Part shown: in pieces, positions 36,675-46,364 of the stretch
Position numbering within the stretch: position 1 is the stretch's first letter
How the letters are laid out: each line of letters starts with the position of its first letter
Source of the DNA: Candidatus Eiseniibacteriota bacterium
GTDB lineage: Bacteria > Eisenbacteria > RBG-16-71-46 > CAIMUX01 > VGJL01
DNA length: 64,000 nucleotides
Reading direction: 5' to 3'
NCBI GenBank assembly: GCA_041946735.1
Contig: JBHGAY010000001.1
Location: 32,001 to 96,000, forward strand
Notes under the pieces: generated by a model
Database searches by the model: none
What the model was told of the DNA's origin: nothing
Seen by the model: only the letters and a program-made list of their open reading frames with translations
Program-made: the position numbers and the translations under genes

Positions 36675-39600
36675 TCATCGTAGTCGGATCAGCCTCCGAG
36701 TCGCCTCCCGGTCCTGCCAGCGGAGGTGGAGCAGATACACGCCGCTCGCGACCGGATGGCCTCGATCGTTGCGACCATCCCACACCTCGCTGTGCCGTCC
36801 CGCCTGCATCGTCTCGTCGCGGAGGGTGCGCACACGGCGCCCCGTTGCGTCGAAGACAGCCAGCTCGACCTTCCCTGCCTTCGGGATGTCGAACCGGAGC
36901 GAGGTCGAGGCCCCGCGGAACGGATGCGGAGCCGGCGGGAGGAGCGAGAAGCGAAGGGTCCTCGCGGTCGCGGTGACGGGGCCGTAGAGCATCGTTCCGC
37001 CGTCGGGCAGCAGAGCTTCGATGCGATAGGAGTAGAGAACCTCGGGCTCGGCGGTCTCGTCGAGATACTCGAACGGGCCCTCCCTCGGGACCGGGCGGTC
37101 GGGATTGAGCGCGACGTACTCGCCGTCCGCCGGATCGAGCCCCTCGGCGCGCTCGAGGACGTATCCCTCGAATGCCGCCTCCCCCACCTGCCATGTCAGC
37201 AGCACACCGGCGTCCCCGGCGAGCGCCTCGAAGGCGGTCAGGTCGATCGGCGTCAGCGGCTCATAGAGGAAGAAGCCGCTCGGCGCACGGAAGCGCGAGA
37301 GACCGGCCAGCAGCTGGAGGTCGTCGGAGAAGGTCTCCTTGCGGAAGACGGCCCCGGGCGAGCCTCCCGTATGGTTCGCGTCAGCGTCGCTGTCGCTGAT
37401 CACCATCCTCCCCACCTGGTCGAAAGCGATCGAATGGGGACGGCGGAGCTTGCGCGACTTCAGGACGGAGACGACGTTCCCCTTGGAATCCAGGCGGAAG
37501 ATCGCGCCGCGCGAGCCATCGTCCGGGATCGGCACGACGTCGCGATCCACGACGTACAGATCGCCTTCCGGCCCGATCGCTCCGCCGATCGGCCCGCGGA
37601 AGTCGGCCGACGCCGCATAGGTCTGCACCTGGCGGGTCGCCAGATCGACGCGGAACACCGCGCCGTTGCGCAGGCGGAAGGCGAGAGGATCCGCATCGGC
37701 GTCGATGACGAAGACGTGGTTCTCGTCCTGGCGCACGATCGCCCTCGGGCTCGCGAAGGCGGTGTCGGAAACGACCGTCTCCACCCTCTTCGTGGCGAGA
37801 TCGACGCGGAAGATCGCGCCCGGACCGGAGGCCGCCGTCAGGTGGTTCGGATCTGCCTGCGCGTCGAGCAGCAGAATCGTGTGGTCATCGACGGCCACGG
37901 CGGAGCGAGGACTGCGGAAGAGGCTGTCCGCGACGAGCAGCTCGAAGCCGCTCGTCTCCGGGATCCACCGGAAGATCGCGCCCTTCGCTTCCGGGTGGCC
38001 TCCCGGATTCGCTTCGCTGTCCACCATCAGGATCGTCGGCGGCTCGGACGGCAGAGCGATGGTGGCGACGGGCTGCACGAGTTGCGAGTCGCTCCCCATC
38101 GCGGTGGTCTGCCCGGAACTCAGGTGGATCTTCCACAGAGCGCCGGGGGTGTTGCCGAGCTCGTAGGGATCGGCATCGCCGTCGGCCAGGTAGAGGAAGC
38201 CTTCCTGGTAGTACACCGGCAGGCGGGCGGTCAGTTTGCGCATGCGATGCACCCCTTCGGAGGTCCGGAGGTGCGAGCGCAGGTTGAGCACGCCCCCCTG
38301 TTGGAGCGTCTGACGCATGCGGCCGCCGTAGTGGATCTGGAGCTGGTCGCCTTGCTCGAGGTCGACTGTCCAGACGAGGCCGTTCAATCCCGTCGGGAGC
38401 GAGACTGTGCCACCCGGCGTCTGGATCGAACCCGGATCGAGGTTGATGGACGGAGGCAGCGTGTCGGAGTAGACGGCGGCCAGCGTCTCGACCGGTCCGA
38501 TGTTGGCGATCTCCGCGGTGACCTGCACCTCGTCGTCCCCCTCGAGCGGGGGCCCATCCAGGTCCTCGAACGTGTACGAGCGGAGTCGCGGGTTCGGGCC
38601 CGGGAAGGAGTAGATCTCCATCGGCGTCGCCAGGGAGGGATCGGCCGCGACCGCTTCCAGCTGGTCCGTTTCCGGATCCCAGCGAAAGAGGGTGCGCGGC
38701 TGGCCGGGCTTCGTCTCGTCGCGCGCGAGACGATCGACGATCCACAGCTCGCCACTCGAGGAGAACGCTCCATTGCGCAGCTGGCGGAAGCGCGGGTCGG
38801 AGAGAAGGAGCGACAGGCTGCGCTGATCGGGATCGATCAGGAACACCGCTCCCCGTCCCTCTCCCCCGGCGTCGCTCGCCTCGTCGATCAGGACGAGACC
38901 GTTGTCCGTCCAGGGGACCACCGAAGCCGGAGACTGCATTTCCGGAAACTGCAGCGTGTCGAGAACCGCGCCGCTCTGCGGGTCGATCTGGAACAGGGCA
39001 CCGCGACCGGTCTGCGGGTCGCCGTCCGGATCGGCCAGCCGGTCGGCGCACCACAGGCGGCCGCTCTCGTCTTCGGCGATCTGGGCGGGATGACGGAACG
39101 CCGGGTTCTGCGAGAAGACTTCGAGCGGTCCGCTCCCCCCGCGCTGCACGAAGATCACCGGTCCAGGCGAATCCCCGGGATGCAGGGTCGCGAGCGGATC
39201 CGTGATCAAGAGATCCCCCGCGCGCGTCCGCAGCAGGTCGGTCGGATAGCCGAGACGGGGATCGGCGATCGTCGTCTCCGACGTCGCGCGAAGGTAATCG
39301 ACCGTCCGGATCACCGCCGGCGCGCCCCCCATCGGATCGGCGAGGAGGAAGCGGCCCTCCTCGATCGGCTCGATCGGCTCGATCGCCAGTGGATCGACCC
39401 AGCTCGAGTCGGCGAGCAGCAAGCTCTCGAACTGTTTCTGGACGGCGTCGACGAAGAACAGCGCTCCCCGATTCCTCCCGTCGCCGATCTCGTCGGCGTT
39501 CATGTCCACGACGACCAAGTCTCCCGAGCCGAGCGGCGCGACCACGCGCGCGCCCGCGCTGTCGGGGTTCGGCGAGTGCGGTCCCGAGATGCGGAGCACA

Positions 39601-42296
39601 CCGAAGACCGGATCGCCGAAGTCGAGCCCCGGCCGCACCCGCGCCTCGAGGTCGATCTCGACCGACCGGCCGAGCGGGACGGGCCCGAGCCACGAGACCG
39701 CTCCAAGCGTGGCGTCCATCTCCGTCCCCTCCGGCCCCTCGGCGTCGAGAAGCTGCAGGTCGCCGGAGAGCAGGACGGTCGCGAGAGCTTCGGGAACGAC
39801 CGCGCGGCCCATGTTGCGGACCGTCGCCCGGAATCGAAGCGTGTCGCCCGACAGGACCGGCGGCTCGCCTCCCTCCACGATCGACAGGGAGCTGAGCGCG
39901 AGGTTGCCCTCCTCGAAGATCGCCACGGCCTCCGGGCCATCGAGGCTCGAGTGCGCCGAGACGATCGAGACGCCCGGAATGTAGGGCCGGGCGGAGTAGA
40001 CCGCGCCATGATCTCCGGGGGGAAGGTGGAAGGGGTTGCCGTCGCGGTCGGTGATGATCAGCCGGCCGTCGCGCGTGAAGGCGACGTCGGTGGGATCGAC
40101 GAGGACAGAGTCGGCCGCCGCAACCTGGATCGTCGCGTTCGCCCGGCGCACCTCGAAGATCGCCCCGGTGTTCGTCCCCAGCCCGAGCGGATCCGCCGTC
40201 AGGTCGGCGATGAAGATCCGTCCTCCCGGGCTCACGGTGATCCCGATCGGATCGACGAAGGAACCGCCCGGCAGCGGAACCGGCTCGACGGAGCCGCTCG
40301 CGCGATCGATCGTGAAGAGCGCTCCGTCGCGCGGGTTCGACCCGCTCGGATCCGCGTCGTAGTCGATGAGCAGCAGAGTTCCGTCGTCCTCGGAGACAAC
40401 GTCGGAAGGCTCCGAGAAACGGGAATCGGAGGCGACGAGGTCGAGAGCGCCGCTCTTCAGGTCGAGCGCGAAGACCGCGCCCGGTCTCCCCGCGAAGCCG
40501 CGCGGGTTGGCGTCCTTGTCGACGAGGAGGAGCTCGTCCGCCCTGCCGTTGGCGATGCCGAGGGGCACGCTCAACTCCGGATGATCGGCGAAGGCGAGCA
40601 GCGTCTCGATCTCTCCGGTCAGCGGATCGAGGCGGAAGATGCCGCCGAGCGGACTCCCCGGCCCGCCCGTCACCCCTCGCCGGTCGAGGATCGCGATCGT
40701 GCCGTCGGAAAGGAAGGCGACGTCGCTCGGCTGCTCGAGCGGCGGCCCCTCGAAGACCACCTGGGGGCGAGGCCCTTCGCCAGGAGGCTCGAGGATGCGG
40801 CCGACCGATGTGCCGCCCACGTTCTGATAGTCGGCCCATACGATCCGGCCGACCTCCGAGCGGCGCGCGACGTCGGCGTTGAGGTCGAACGTGCTCGCGG
40901 CCCGCTGCACGCGCAGGACGATCCGCTCGGAGATCCCGCTCCCCTCCGCGACGTCGTTGCGCAGCCGGAGGTCGTAGGCGATGTCGACCTCTCCCTGCAC
41001 CTCGACGTCCCCGCTCCAGACGATCGAGCGCGTCGCCGGAATGTAGCTGAACGCGCCGGCGGAGACGGAGTCGGAGCCGATGCGGAAGTCCCATGCCTCG
41101 CTCAGGCGATGCTCGAGCGTCACCGGGCGGCCGGCCGTCTGGCCCGTGTTGCGCACCCGCACGCGCACGCGCATCCGATCGCCCGGCTGCAGGGGCGCGC
41201 CGTTCTCGTCCTCCCACCGGACGAGGGAGGAGTCGAGCGCGGTTCCCTGGAACTGGGAGATCCCCGAGAGCGAGCGGAAGAATCCCGAGCCGATCGTCTG
41301 CGTGATCGTCCCGGTGGAAAGATCGCACTGGAAGAGCGCGCCGCTCGCGTTCGGGATCTGAAGCGGATTCGCCTGTTCGTCGAGCACCCAGATCCGTCCG
41401 CTCGGATCGCGGAGCATGTCGTACGGCTCGACGAAGTCGGGAGGGGCGAAGGCCGCCTGCACCGAGAGGTCCGATCTCCGCACCCGGTAGATCGCGCCGG
41501 GCGCTCCTTCGTGGCCGTTGGGGTTCGCGTCCCGGTCGAGGATCAGGTAGTCCCCGTTCGAGTCGAGACAGATCGCGTACGGCGTCACGAACGCCGGTTG
41601 CGAGAAGACGACCGTGACCTCGCCGGTCGTCGCGTCGACCCGGAAGAGCGCGCCGGGAACGAGACCGGTCCCGAGCGGATCGGCGCGGTAGTCCCAAACG
41701 AGAATCGAGCCGTCGAGGTCGTAGACCATCGAGCGAGGCTCGACCCACAGCGGACTCGTCGCAAACGGAGCGGCGATGCGGGTCGTCCCGTCGATCCGGT
41801 AGAGCGCGCCCGGCCGGGTGCCGAGCTGCGTCGGGTCCGCGTCGGAGTCGAGGAGCAGGACGTCCCCGGACGGTTCGAGCAGGATGTCGACCGGGTCGAC
41901 CCAGCTCCGGCTCCATGCGAAGAGCGTCGCCTTGCCGGGAAGCGGGTCGTTGGGATCGATGAGCCAGACCGCGCCGCGGTTCTGGCCGAGACCGTCGATG
42001 TCCGCGTTGGCGTCGACGACGAGAACACGGGCGTCTTCCATGGGGGCCGTGGCGACGGGATCGACGAAGCCGACGGGCGTGGCGAGGAGCCGCACGCGAA
42101 CGGGACCGCCCGGATCTCCGAGGAACAACGACCCCCGGAAGTCTCCCGTCGAGAAGGGGTTGGCGTTCCGGTCGGTGATGAGCAGATTCCCGCTACGGAT
42201 CTCCACCGCGGCGGCGGGGCGCAGGATGAGCAGGACGAGCGTCGCCAGAAGCACCAGCTCGTGGGCTCCCCATCCCCGGGGACGGGACATCCGCAT
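36675..42296 (-). CDS. Large secreted protein: four six-bladed beta-propellers, three DUF11-like Ig domains, C-terminal FlgD-Ig/T9SS-like domain
   Basis: GAGGAG RBS; signal peptide ending AAA; 24 repeats of D-x-x-A-(D/N)-P...GA(I/L/V)(F/Y)R(V/I)D; spacers such as PGDRMRVRVRVRNTG; C-terminal PHPF...LRFDIP...VFDATGRRVRTL...WDGRNDRG..VASGVY. Confidence 0.82.
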   Translation of the reverse strand: MRMSRPRGWGAHELVLLATLVLLILRPAAAVEIRSGNLLITDRNANPFSTGDFRGSLFLGDPGGPVRVRLLATPVGFVDPVATAPMEDARVLVVDANADIDGLGQNRGAVWLIDPNDPLPGKATLFAWSRSWVDPVDILLEPSGDVLLLDSDADPTQLGTRPGALYRIDGTTRIAAPFATSPLWVEPRSMVYDLDGSILVWDYRADPLGTGLVPGALFRVDATTGEVTVVFSQPAFVTPYAICLDSNGDYLILDRDANPNGHEGAPGAIYRVRRSDLSVQAAFAPPDFVEPYDMLRDPSGRIWVLDEQANPLQIPNASGALFQCDLSTGTITQTIGSGFFRSLSGISQFQGTALDSSLVRWEDENGAPLQPGDRMRVRVRVRNTGQTAGRPVTLEHRLSEAWDFRIGSDSVSAGAFSYIPATRSIVWSGDVEVQGEVDIAYDLRLRNDVAEGSGISERIVLRVQRAASTFDLNADVARRSEVGRIVWADYQNVGGTSVGRILEPPGEGPRPQVVFEGPPLEQPSDVAFLSDGTIAILDRRGVTGGPGSPLGGIFRLDPLTGEIETLLAFADHPELSVPLGIANGRADELLLVDKDANPRGFAGRPGAVFALDLKSGALDLVASDSRFSEPSDVVSEDDGTLLLIDYDADPSGSNPRDGALFTIDRASGSVEPVPLPGGSFVDPIGITVSPGGRIFIADLTADPLGLGTNTGAIFEVRRANATIQVAAADSVLVDPTDVAFTRDGRLIITDRDGNPFHLPPGDHGAVYSARPYIPGVSIVSAHSSLDGPEAVAIFEEGNLALSSLSIVEGGEPPVLSGDTLRFRATVRNMGRAVVPEALATVLLSGDLQLLDAEGPEGTEMDATLGAVSWLGPVPLGRSVEIDLEARVRPGLDFGDPVFGVLRISGPHSPNPDSAGARVVAPLGSGDLVVVDMNADEIGDGRNRGALFFVDAVQKQFESLLLADSSWVDPLAIEPIEPIEEGRFLLADPMGGAPAVIRTVDYLRATSETTIADPRLGYPTDLLRTRAGDLLITDPLATLHPGDSPGPVIFVQRGGSGPLEVFSQNPAFRHPAQIAEDESGRLWCADRLADPDGDPQTGRGALFQIDPQSGAVLDTLQFPEMQSPASVVPWTDNGLVLIDEASDAGGEGRGAVFLIDPDQRSLSLLLSDPRFRQLRNGAFSSSGELWIVDRLARDETKPGQPRTLFRWDPETDQLEAVAADPSLATPMEIYSFPGPNPRLRSYTFEDLDGPPLEGDDEVQVTAEIANIGPVETLAAVYSDTLPPSINLDPGSIQTPGGTVSLPTGLNGLVWTVDLEQGDQLQIHYGGRMRQTLQQGGVLNLRSHLRTSEGVHRMRKLTARLPVYYQEGFLYLADGDADPYELGNTPGALWKIHLSSGQTTAMGSDSQLVQPVATIALPSEPPTILMVDSEANPGGHPEAKGAIFRWIPETSGFELLVADSLFRSPRSAVAVDDHTILLLDAQADPNHLTAASGPGAIFRVDLATKRVETVVSDTAFASPRAIVRQDENHVFVIDADADPLAFRLRNGAVFRVDLATRQVQTYAASADFRGPIGGAIGPEGDLYVVDRDVVPIPDDGSRGAIFRLDSKGNVVSVLKSRKLRRPHSIAFDQVGRMVISDSDADANHTGGSPGAVFRKETFSDDLQLLAGLSRFRAPSGFFLYEPLTPIDLTAFEALAGDAGVLLTWQVGEAAFEGYVLERAEGLDPADGEYVALNPDRPVPREGPFEYLDETAEPEVLYSYRIEALLPDGGTMLYGPVTATARTLRFSLLPPAPHPFRGASTSLRFDIPKAGKVELAVFDATGRRVRTLRDETMQAGRHSEVWDGRNDRGHPVASGVYLLHLRWQDREATRRLIRLR

Positions 42297-42504
42297 GTCT
42301 CTCTCCTCGCAAGGCACCGGCGCTCTCGCGCCGCCGGGGCCACGGAAAACGATCGGCGGGATCGGCTCGGATGCTGAGCACGAAGGTTCTTCCGGCCGAT
42401 CCATCTTGGCCCCGCTACGCAGCTTTCGTCAAGGATCGGGGCCCTTGCGGACGACACGTTCCGTGATAGTTTCGGACCACGGGAGACAACCGAGGGAGGC
42501 GCCG

Positions 42505-43338
42505 ATGAGCCGCTCCGAAGGATTCCGGGAACCGGTGGTCGCCGGCTACTTCTACCCGGCGGACCGGGAGGTCCTGGCGAGGAGGATCGAGACCTTCACG
42601 CGGGGCGAGCCGGTCCTCCCGGAGCCCGGCCCACGAGGGCTCATCTGTCCGCACGCCGGGTACGACTATTCCGGTCCAACGGCGGGAGTCGCCTACCGCG
42701 AGATCCGGGGCCGCCGCTTCGACGCCATCCTCGTCCTCGCTCCAAGCCACTACGACCGCTTCCATGGCGCGACCATCTGGCCCGGGGCCGGGTACCGCAC
42801 CCCGCTGGGAGAGGTCAGCGCGCCCGCCGACATCGTCGAGGCCCTGAGCCAGCTCGCGGTAGGGATCCAGCCGGATCTCCGGGGACATCGCGAGGAGCAC
42901 GCGGCCGAGGTGCAGATCCCGTTCCTGCAGGTGGTCGCTCCCGGCGCGCCGGTCCTTCCGATCGTCCTCGCCGATGACCGGCGGGAGACTTGCGAGCGGA
43001 TCGGCGAGGCGATCGCCGCCGCCACGGCGGACCGGACAGTCCTGCTGGTCGCTTCCTCGGATCTCTATCACGGTCATTCGGGCAAGGATTGCCGGGAGAC
43101 CGACGCCCGCACCTTGGGAGCGATCGAGCGCAACGATCCCGACGACCTGGCCGAGGGGTTCGCTTCGGACCGTTACCAGGCGTGCGGGCGCGGGCCGATC
43201 CAGGTCCTTCTGCACGCGTGCCGCCGGGCAGGGGCCGAGAAGGTGCGCATCCTCAGCCGGACGAACTCCGACGAGGTCGTGGGACGGCCGGGCTCCTACG
43301 TCGTCGGGTACGCCGCCGTCACGGTCGCCGCCTCCTGA
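42505..43338 (+). CDS. amrB: MEMO1-family protein (AmmeMemoRadiSam protein B)
   Basis: REPVVAGYFYP, ICPHAGYDYSG, APSH, TPLG, EHAAEVQIPFLQ, ASSDLYH, ACG, VVGYAA; GGGAGG RBS. Confidence 0.9.
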   Translation: MSRSEGFREPVVAGYFYPADREVLARRIETFTRGEPVLPEPGPRGLICPHAGYDYSGPTAGVAYREIRGRRFDAILVLAPSHYDRFHGATIWPGAGYRTPLGEVSAPADIVEALSQLAVGIQPDLRGHREEHAAEVQIPFLQVVAPGAPVLPIVLADDRRETCERIGEAIAAATADRTVLLVASSDLYHGHSGKDCRETDARTLGAIERNDPDDLAEGFASDRYQACGRGPIQVLLHACRRAGAEKVRILSRTNSDEVVGRPGSYVVGYAAVTVAAS

Positions 43339-45656
43339 TCCCTCGCCCCGCGTGGCGACGGAACGCGGACGCAGAGCAGCGTCATATCGTCCTGCATCTC
43401 TTGCGAGCCGGTGAACCGGATCACCTCGTCGCGCACGCTCTCGACCACCTCGCGCGCGCTCGTGCAGATCCGCCCCCGGCCCTCGAGGAGCGAAATCAAG
43501 CGCTCCTCGCCGAACTCCTCGCCGGCGCGCGAGCGCGCTTCGGTCGCGCCGTCCGTGTAGAGGAGCAGGCAATCGCCGGGATGGAGCCGGAGGCGCTGCT
43601 CCGAATAGACCGCCTCCTCCATCACGCCCAGCAGGAGGTCGGAGGGTTCGAGCAGCGCGCACGTCGCGTGGTCGAAGCGCACCGGGTAGTTGTGTCCCGC
43701 GTTGCAGAAGGTGAGCACCATCTCCCTGGGATCGATGTGAGCGAGGAAGAGGGTCACGAACTGTTCCGGTCCGGTCGACTCGTAGAGCAGCTGATTCACT
43801 CGCGCGCAGGCGCGCGCGGTATCGGGGTCCTCCCGCAACAGAGTCCGTAGCGAGGCCTGGAGCATGCTCGCCAGCAGAGCCGCTCCGACTCCCTTGCCGG
43901 CGACGTCGGCGATCGCGATCCCGTAGCCACCGCCCTTGACCGGAAAGAAATCGAAGGAATCGCCCCCCACCTGCTTGCTCGGCAAGCTCAGGCCGTGCAC
44001 CTCGAACGGGAGCCCCTCCGGGAAACGAGAGGGGAGGAATGTCTGCTGGATCTTCCGCGCGACCGCCAGCTCCTCCTCGAGGACCGCCTTCTCGAGATTG
44101 TCTCGGTGGAGCAGGGAGTTGCGGAGCGCGATCCCCGCCTGGCCGGCCAGGGAGGCGAGGACTTGGATCTCCTCCCCGCGATAACGCATTCCGGAAAGCT
44201 TCGTGCCGAGGACGAGAAGCCCGAGACGCTCGCCTCCATGGCGCAACTCGTAGGACAGCGGGGGCAGCGGCGAGAGGACCGGACGGGCGGCGACCGGCGC
44301 GTCCGCTTCGGCCGCCGCTCGCAACCCGGCGGCCGCGAGGACGCCCGAATGCGGGTCCTGCGCGGCGCGCATCGCCTCCCTCCACTCGCGCGCCGTGAAG
44401 GGACGGCCGGCGCCGAGCGGCTCCGGGAGATAGGGCGCGAGCGAGGCGAGCCGCTCGACCATCTCGCCATCGAAGCCGGTGGCGCGAAGCGGGCGGTAGC
44501 GGCCGCCCGGCGGAGGCCCGTGCCGCTCCCCGGGAAGGAGGAGAATCGCCGCGCCGCTCGCCCCGAGCGTCTCCGGCAGCTGGCGGACCAGGTCCTCGGC
44601 CAGCGGCTCGAACTCGAGGGACTGCGAGATCCGGTCGCCGACCCGAAGCGAGAGCGCTCGAAGCTCGCTCCCGCTCTTCAGGATCCATCCCTCAAGCGAT
44701 TCCTCGATCCGGCTCATCAGAGGCTGGAAGAGGAAGACCGGCACGAGCAGCACCGCCCAGTCGATCACTCCGGGATCGATAGGCAGCGCGCCGGTCAGCA
44801 CCCGCGCTACCCGCCTCGCGATCTGCAGGTAGATGGCGATCAACAGGGCTCCGGCGGTCGCGTAGAGGATCGTCCGCCTGACGATCCAGCGGACGTCGAG
44901 GAAGCGGTGGCGGACGATCGCGTAGGCGATCGTCCCTGCGCAGGCGGCCAGCGATCCGACGAGGAGCGTCGAAGCGGCCGCCCCCCCGAGGCGCAGCCCG
45001 AGCAGGACGTTCAGGGGTCCCCCGAGGCTGTACAGGACGAGGCCGATTCCCATGCCGACCAGGATCGTCCGCATCTGGTTGCGCAAGCTCGACACGCGCA
45101 CGCGCGCGTGGTTGCGGAAGATCAGGAAGATCGAGATGCCGATGTAGGTGAGGTTCACGAGCGAGAAGAGGTAGCGGTGCCAGCGGAAGAAGAGCGAGAG
45201 GAGCACGCGCACCGGATCGAGGACGGCGGCCAGAAGCGGCAAGCGCGCGGACAGCCGGTCCAGCCCGAAGCTCGGTCCCCAGACCATCGCGAAGAACATG
45301 AGGAAGAAGTGAATCAGGTGCGGGACGAAGATCGCCAGCTCTCCCGATCCCCCCTTGTGAAGCCAGCCCGCTTCATGCGGGAACGACGCGGCGAACAGCA
45401 ACAGCGCCGGGAAGAAGAACTCCCAGAGCCAGGCGTACTGCGTGACGAGCGAGGCGGGAAAGCCGGCGCGCGAGGAGGCGGGGACAAAGAGCGAGCCGGC
45501 GCCGAGAAGCGATCCGACCCCGGCGAAGAAGAGCATCAGCGCCGTGACGCGGTTGATTCGGGCGCTGGTGTCTTCGCGAAAGATGACGAGCCCGAGAAGG
45601 GTCGTCAGGACCCCGACCAGAAGGTAGGCGGTCGCCAGAAGGCTCGCGTAATCCAT
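43296..45656 (-). CDS. Membrane PP2C/SpoIIE phosphatase (7TM-type sensor, GAF-like, PP2C; RsbU-like)
   Basis: About 9 TM helices, GAF-like region, then ARKIQQTFLP, VGGDSFD, IADVAGKG, NAGH, YTDGATEA, DDMT; ATG 45656. Confidence 0.88.
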   Translation of the reverse strand: MDYASLLATAYLLVGVLTTLLGLVIFREDTSARINRVTALMLFFAGVGSLLGAGSLFVPASSRAGFPASLVTQYAWLWEFFFPALLLFAASFPHEAGWLHKGGSGELAIFVPHLIHFFLMFFAMVWGPSFGLDRLSARLPLLAAVLDPVRVLLSLFFRWHRYLFSLVNLTYIGISIFLIFRNHARVRVSSLRNQMRTILVGMGIGLVLYSLGGPLNVLLGLRLGGAAASTLLVGSLAACAGTIAYAIVRHRFLDVRWIVRRTILYATAGALLIAIYLQIARRVARVLTGALPIDPGVIDWAVLLVPVFLFQPLMSRIEESLEGWILKSGSELRALSLRVGDRISQSLEFEPLAEDLVRQLPETLGASGAAILLLPGERHGPPPGGRYRPLRATGFDGEMVERLASLAPYLPEPLGAGRPFTAREWREAMRAAQDPHSGVLAAAGLRAAAEADAPVAARPVLSPLPPLSYELRHGGERLGLLVLGTKLSGMRYRGEEIQVLASLAGQAGIALRNSLLHRDNLEKAVLEEELAVARKIQQTFLPSRFPEGLPFEVHGLSLPSKQVGGDSFDFFPVKGGGYGIAIADVAGKGVGAALLASMLQASLRTLLREDPDTARACARVNQLLYESTGPEQFVTLFLAHIDPREMVLTFCNAGHNYPVRFDHATCALLEPSDLLLGVMEEAVYSEQRLRLHPGDCLLLYTDGATEARSRAGEEFGEERLISLLEGRGRICTSAREVVESVRDEVIRFTGSQEMQDDMTLLCVRVPSPRGARDQEAATVTAAYPTT

Positions 45657-45736
45657 CGTCGGGGGCCCCCTCGTCCATCGCCCGCACCAGGCGGCGGCGG
45701 CGGCTGCGGCGCCGGCCCCCCTCGATCGACGCGAAG

Positions 45737-46249
45737 CTAGGAGGAGCTCACGTCCTCGTTCGGCTCCGGCGGCGAGACGTTGGGAAGAGCGAGGAGCTCG
45801 ACGGCCCTCGCGACCAGTCGTTCCGCAGCGGCGAGGATGACACGGGTATCCTTCTTCCCGCAACGCGCCCCTTCGTGGACCAGGTCCTTCTGATCCTTGG
45901 CGATTCGCAACAGGTCGACGAGTTTCGGATCGAGAGCGCCCGGCTCCACGTAGAGCCTCTGGACGCCGGCCGTGAGGCTGTAGAGGTTCGAGTCGCGGTA
46001 TCCGCCGGCAAGCAGGAGGCTCTTGGCAGCGCGATACATCGCGAAATAGGCCTGAACGACGGTTTCCTCGAACCGGCCGTTGTGGAAGCAGTTTCGGGCC
46101 TTCACCAGCTCGTCGATCCCCGTCTGGATCTCACGGGCAAGTGTCGCGTCGTCGACTTCCGCTGGCTTCAGTCTTCCGTTGCGGATGCAGGACTCGAAAG
46201 GATTCACGAACCCGGGCTCCCTCGTACTTGGCTCGCTGCGAACAGCCAT
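45737..46249 (-). CDS. HEPN-domain protein, standalone, apparently degenerate active site
   Basis: AYFAMYRAAKSLL helix typical of HEPN/UPF0332 proteins; GGGGAG RBS; TTGTGG-N17-TACATT upstream. Confidence 0.7.
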   Translation of the reverse strand: MAVRSEPSTREPGFVNPFESCIRNGRLKPAEVDDATLAREIQTGIDELVKARNCFHNGRFEETVVQAYFAMYRAAKSLLLAGGYRDSNLYSLTAGVQRLYVEPGALDPKLVDLLRIAKDQKDLVHEGARCGKKDTRVILAAAERLVARAVELLALPNVSPPEPNEDVSSS

Positions 46250-46364
46250 CTCACTCCCCAAGAATGTATACAGAACAACCAACTGCCACAAGGCCCGATC
46301 AGCGATCGCAGGAAAAACCGGCCCATAGCGGAGCCGTTTCGCGGCCAGCGGGCGGCGCGGGCGA

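Noticed and set aside
36726..42377. 1883-aa + strand ORF and other long antisense or alternate-frame ORFs (e.g. 6326..10675, 22700..25918, 37885..41916, 50512..53709)
   Set aside because: Shadow ORFs from high-GC codon bias; Arg/Gly/Pro-rich, no motifs, overlapping well-supported genes.
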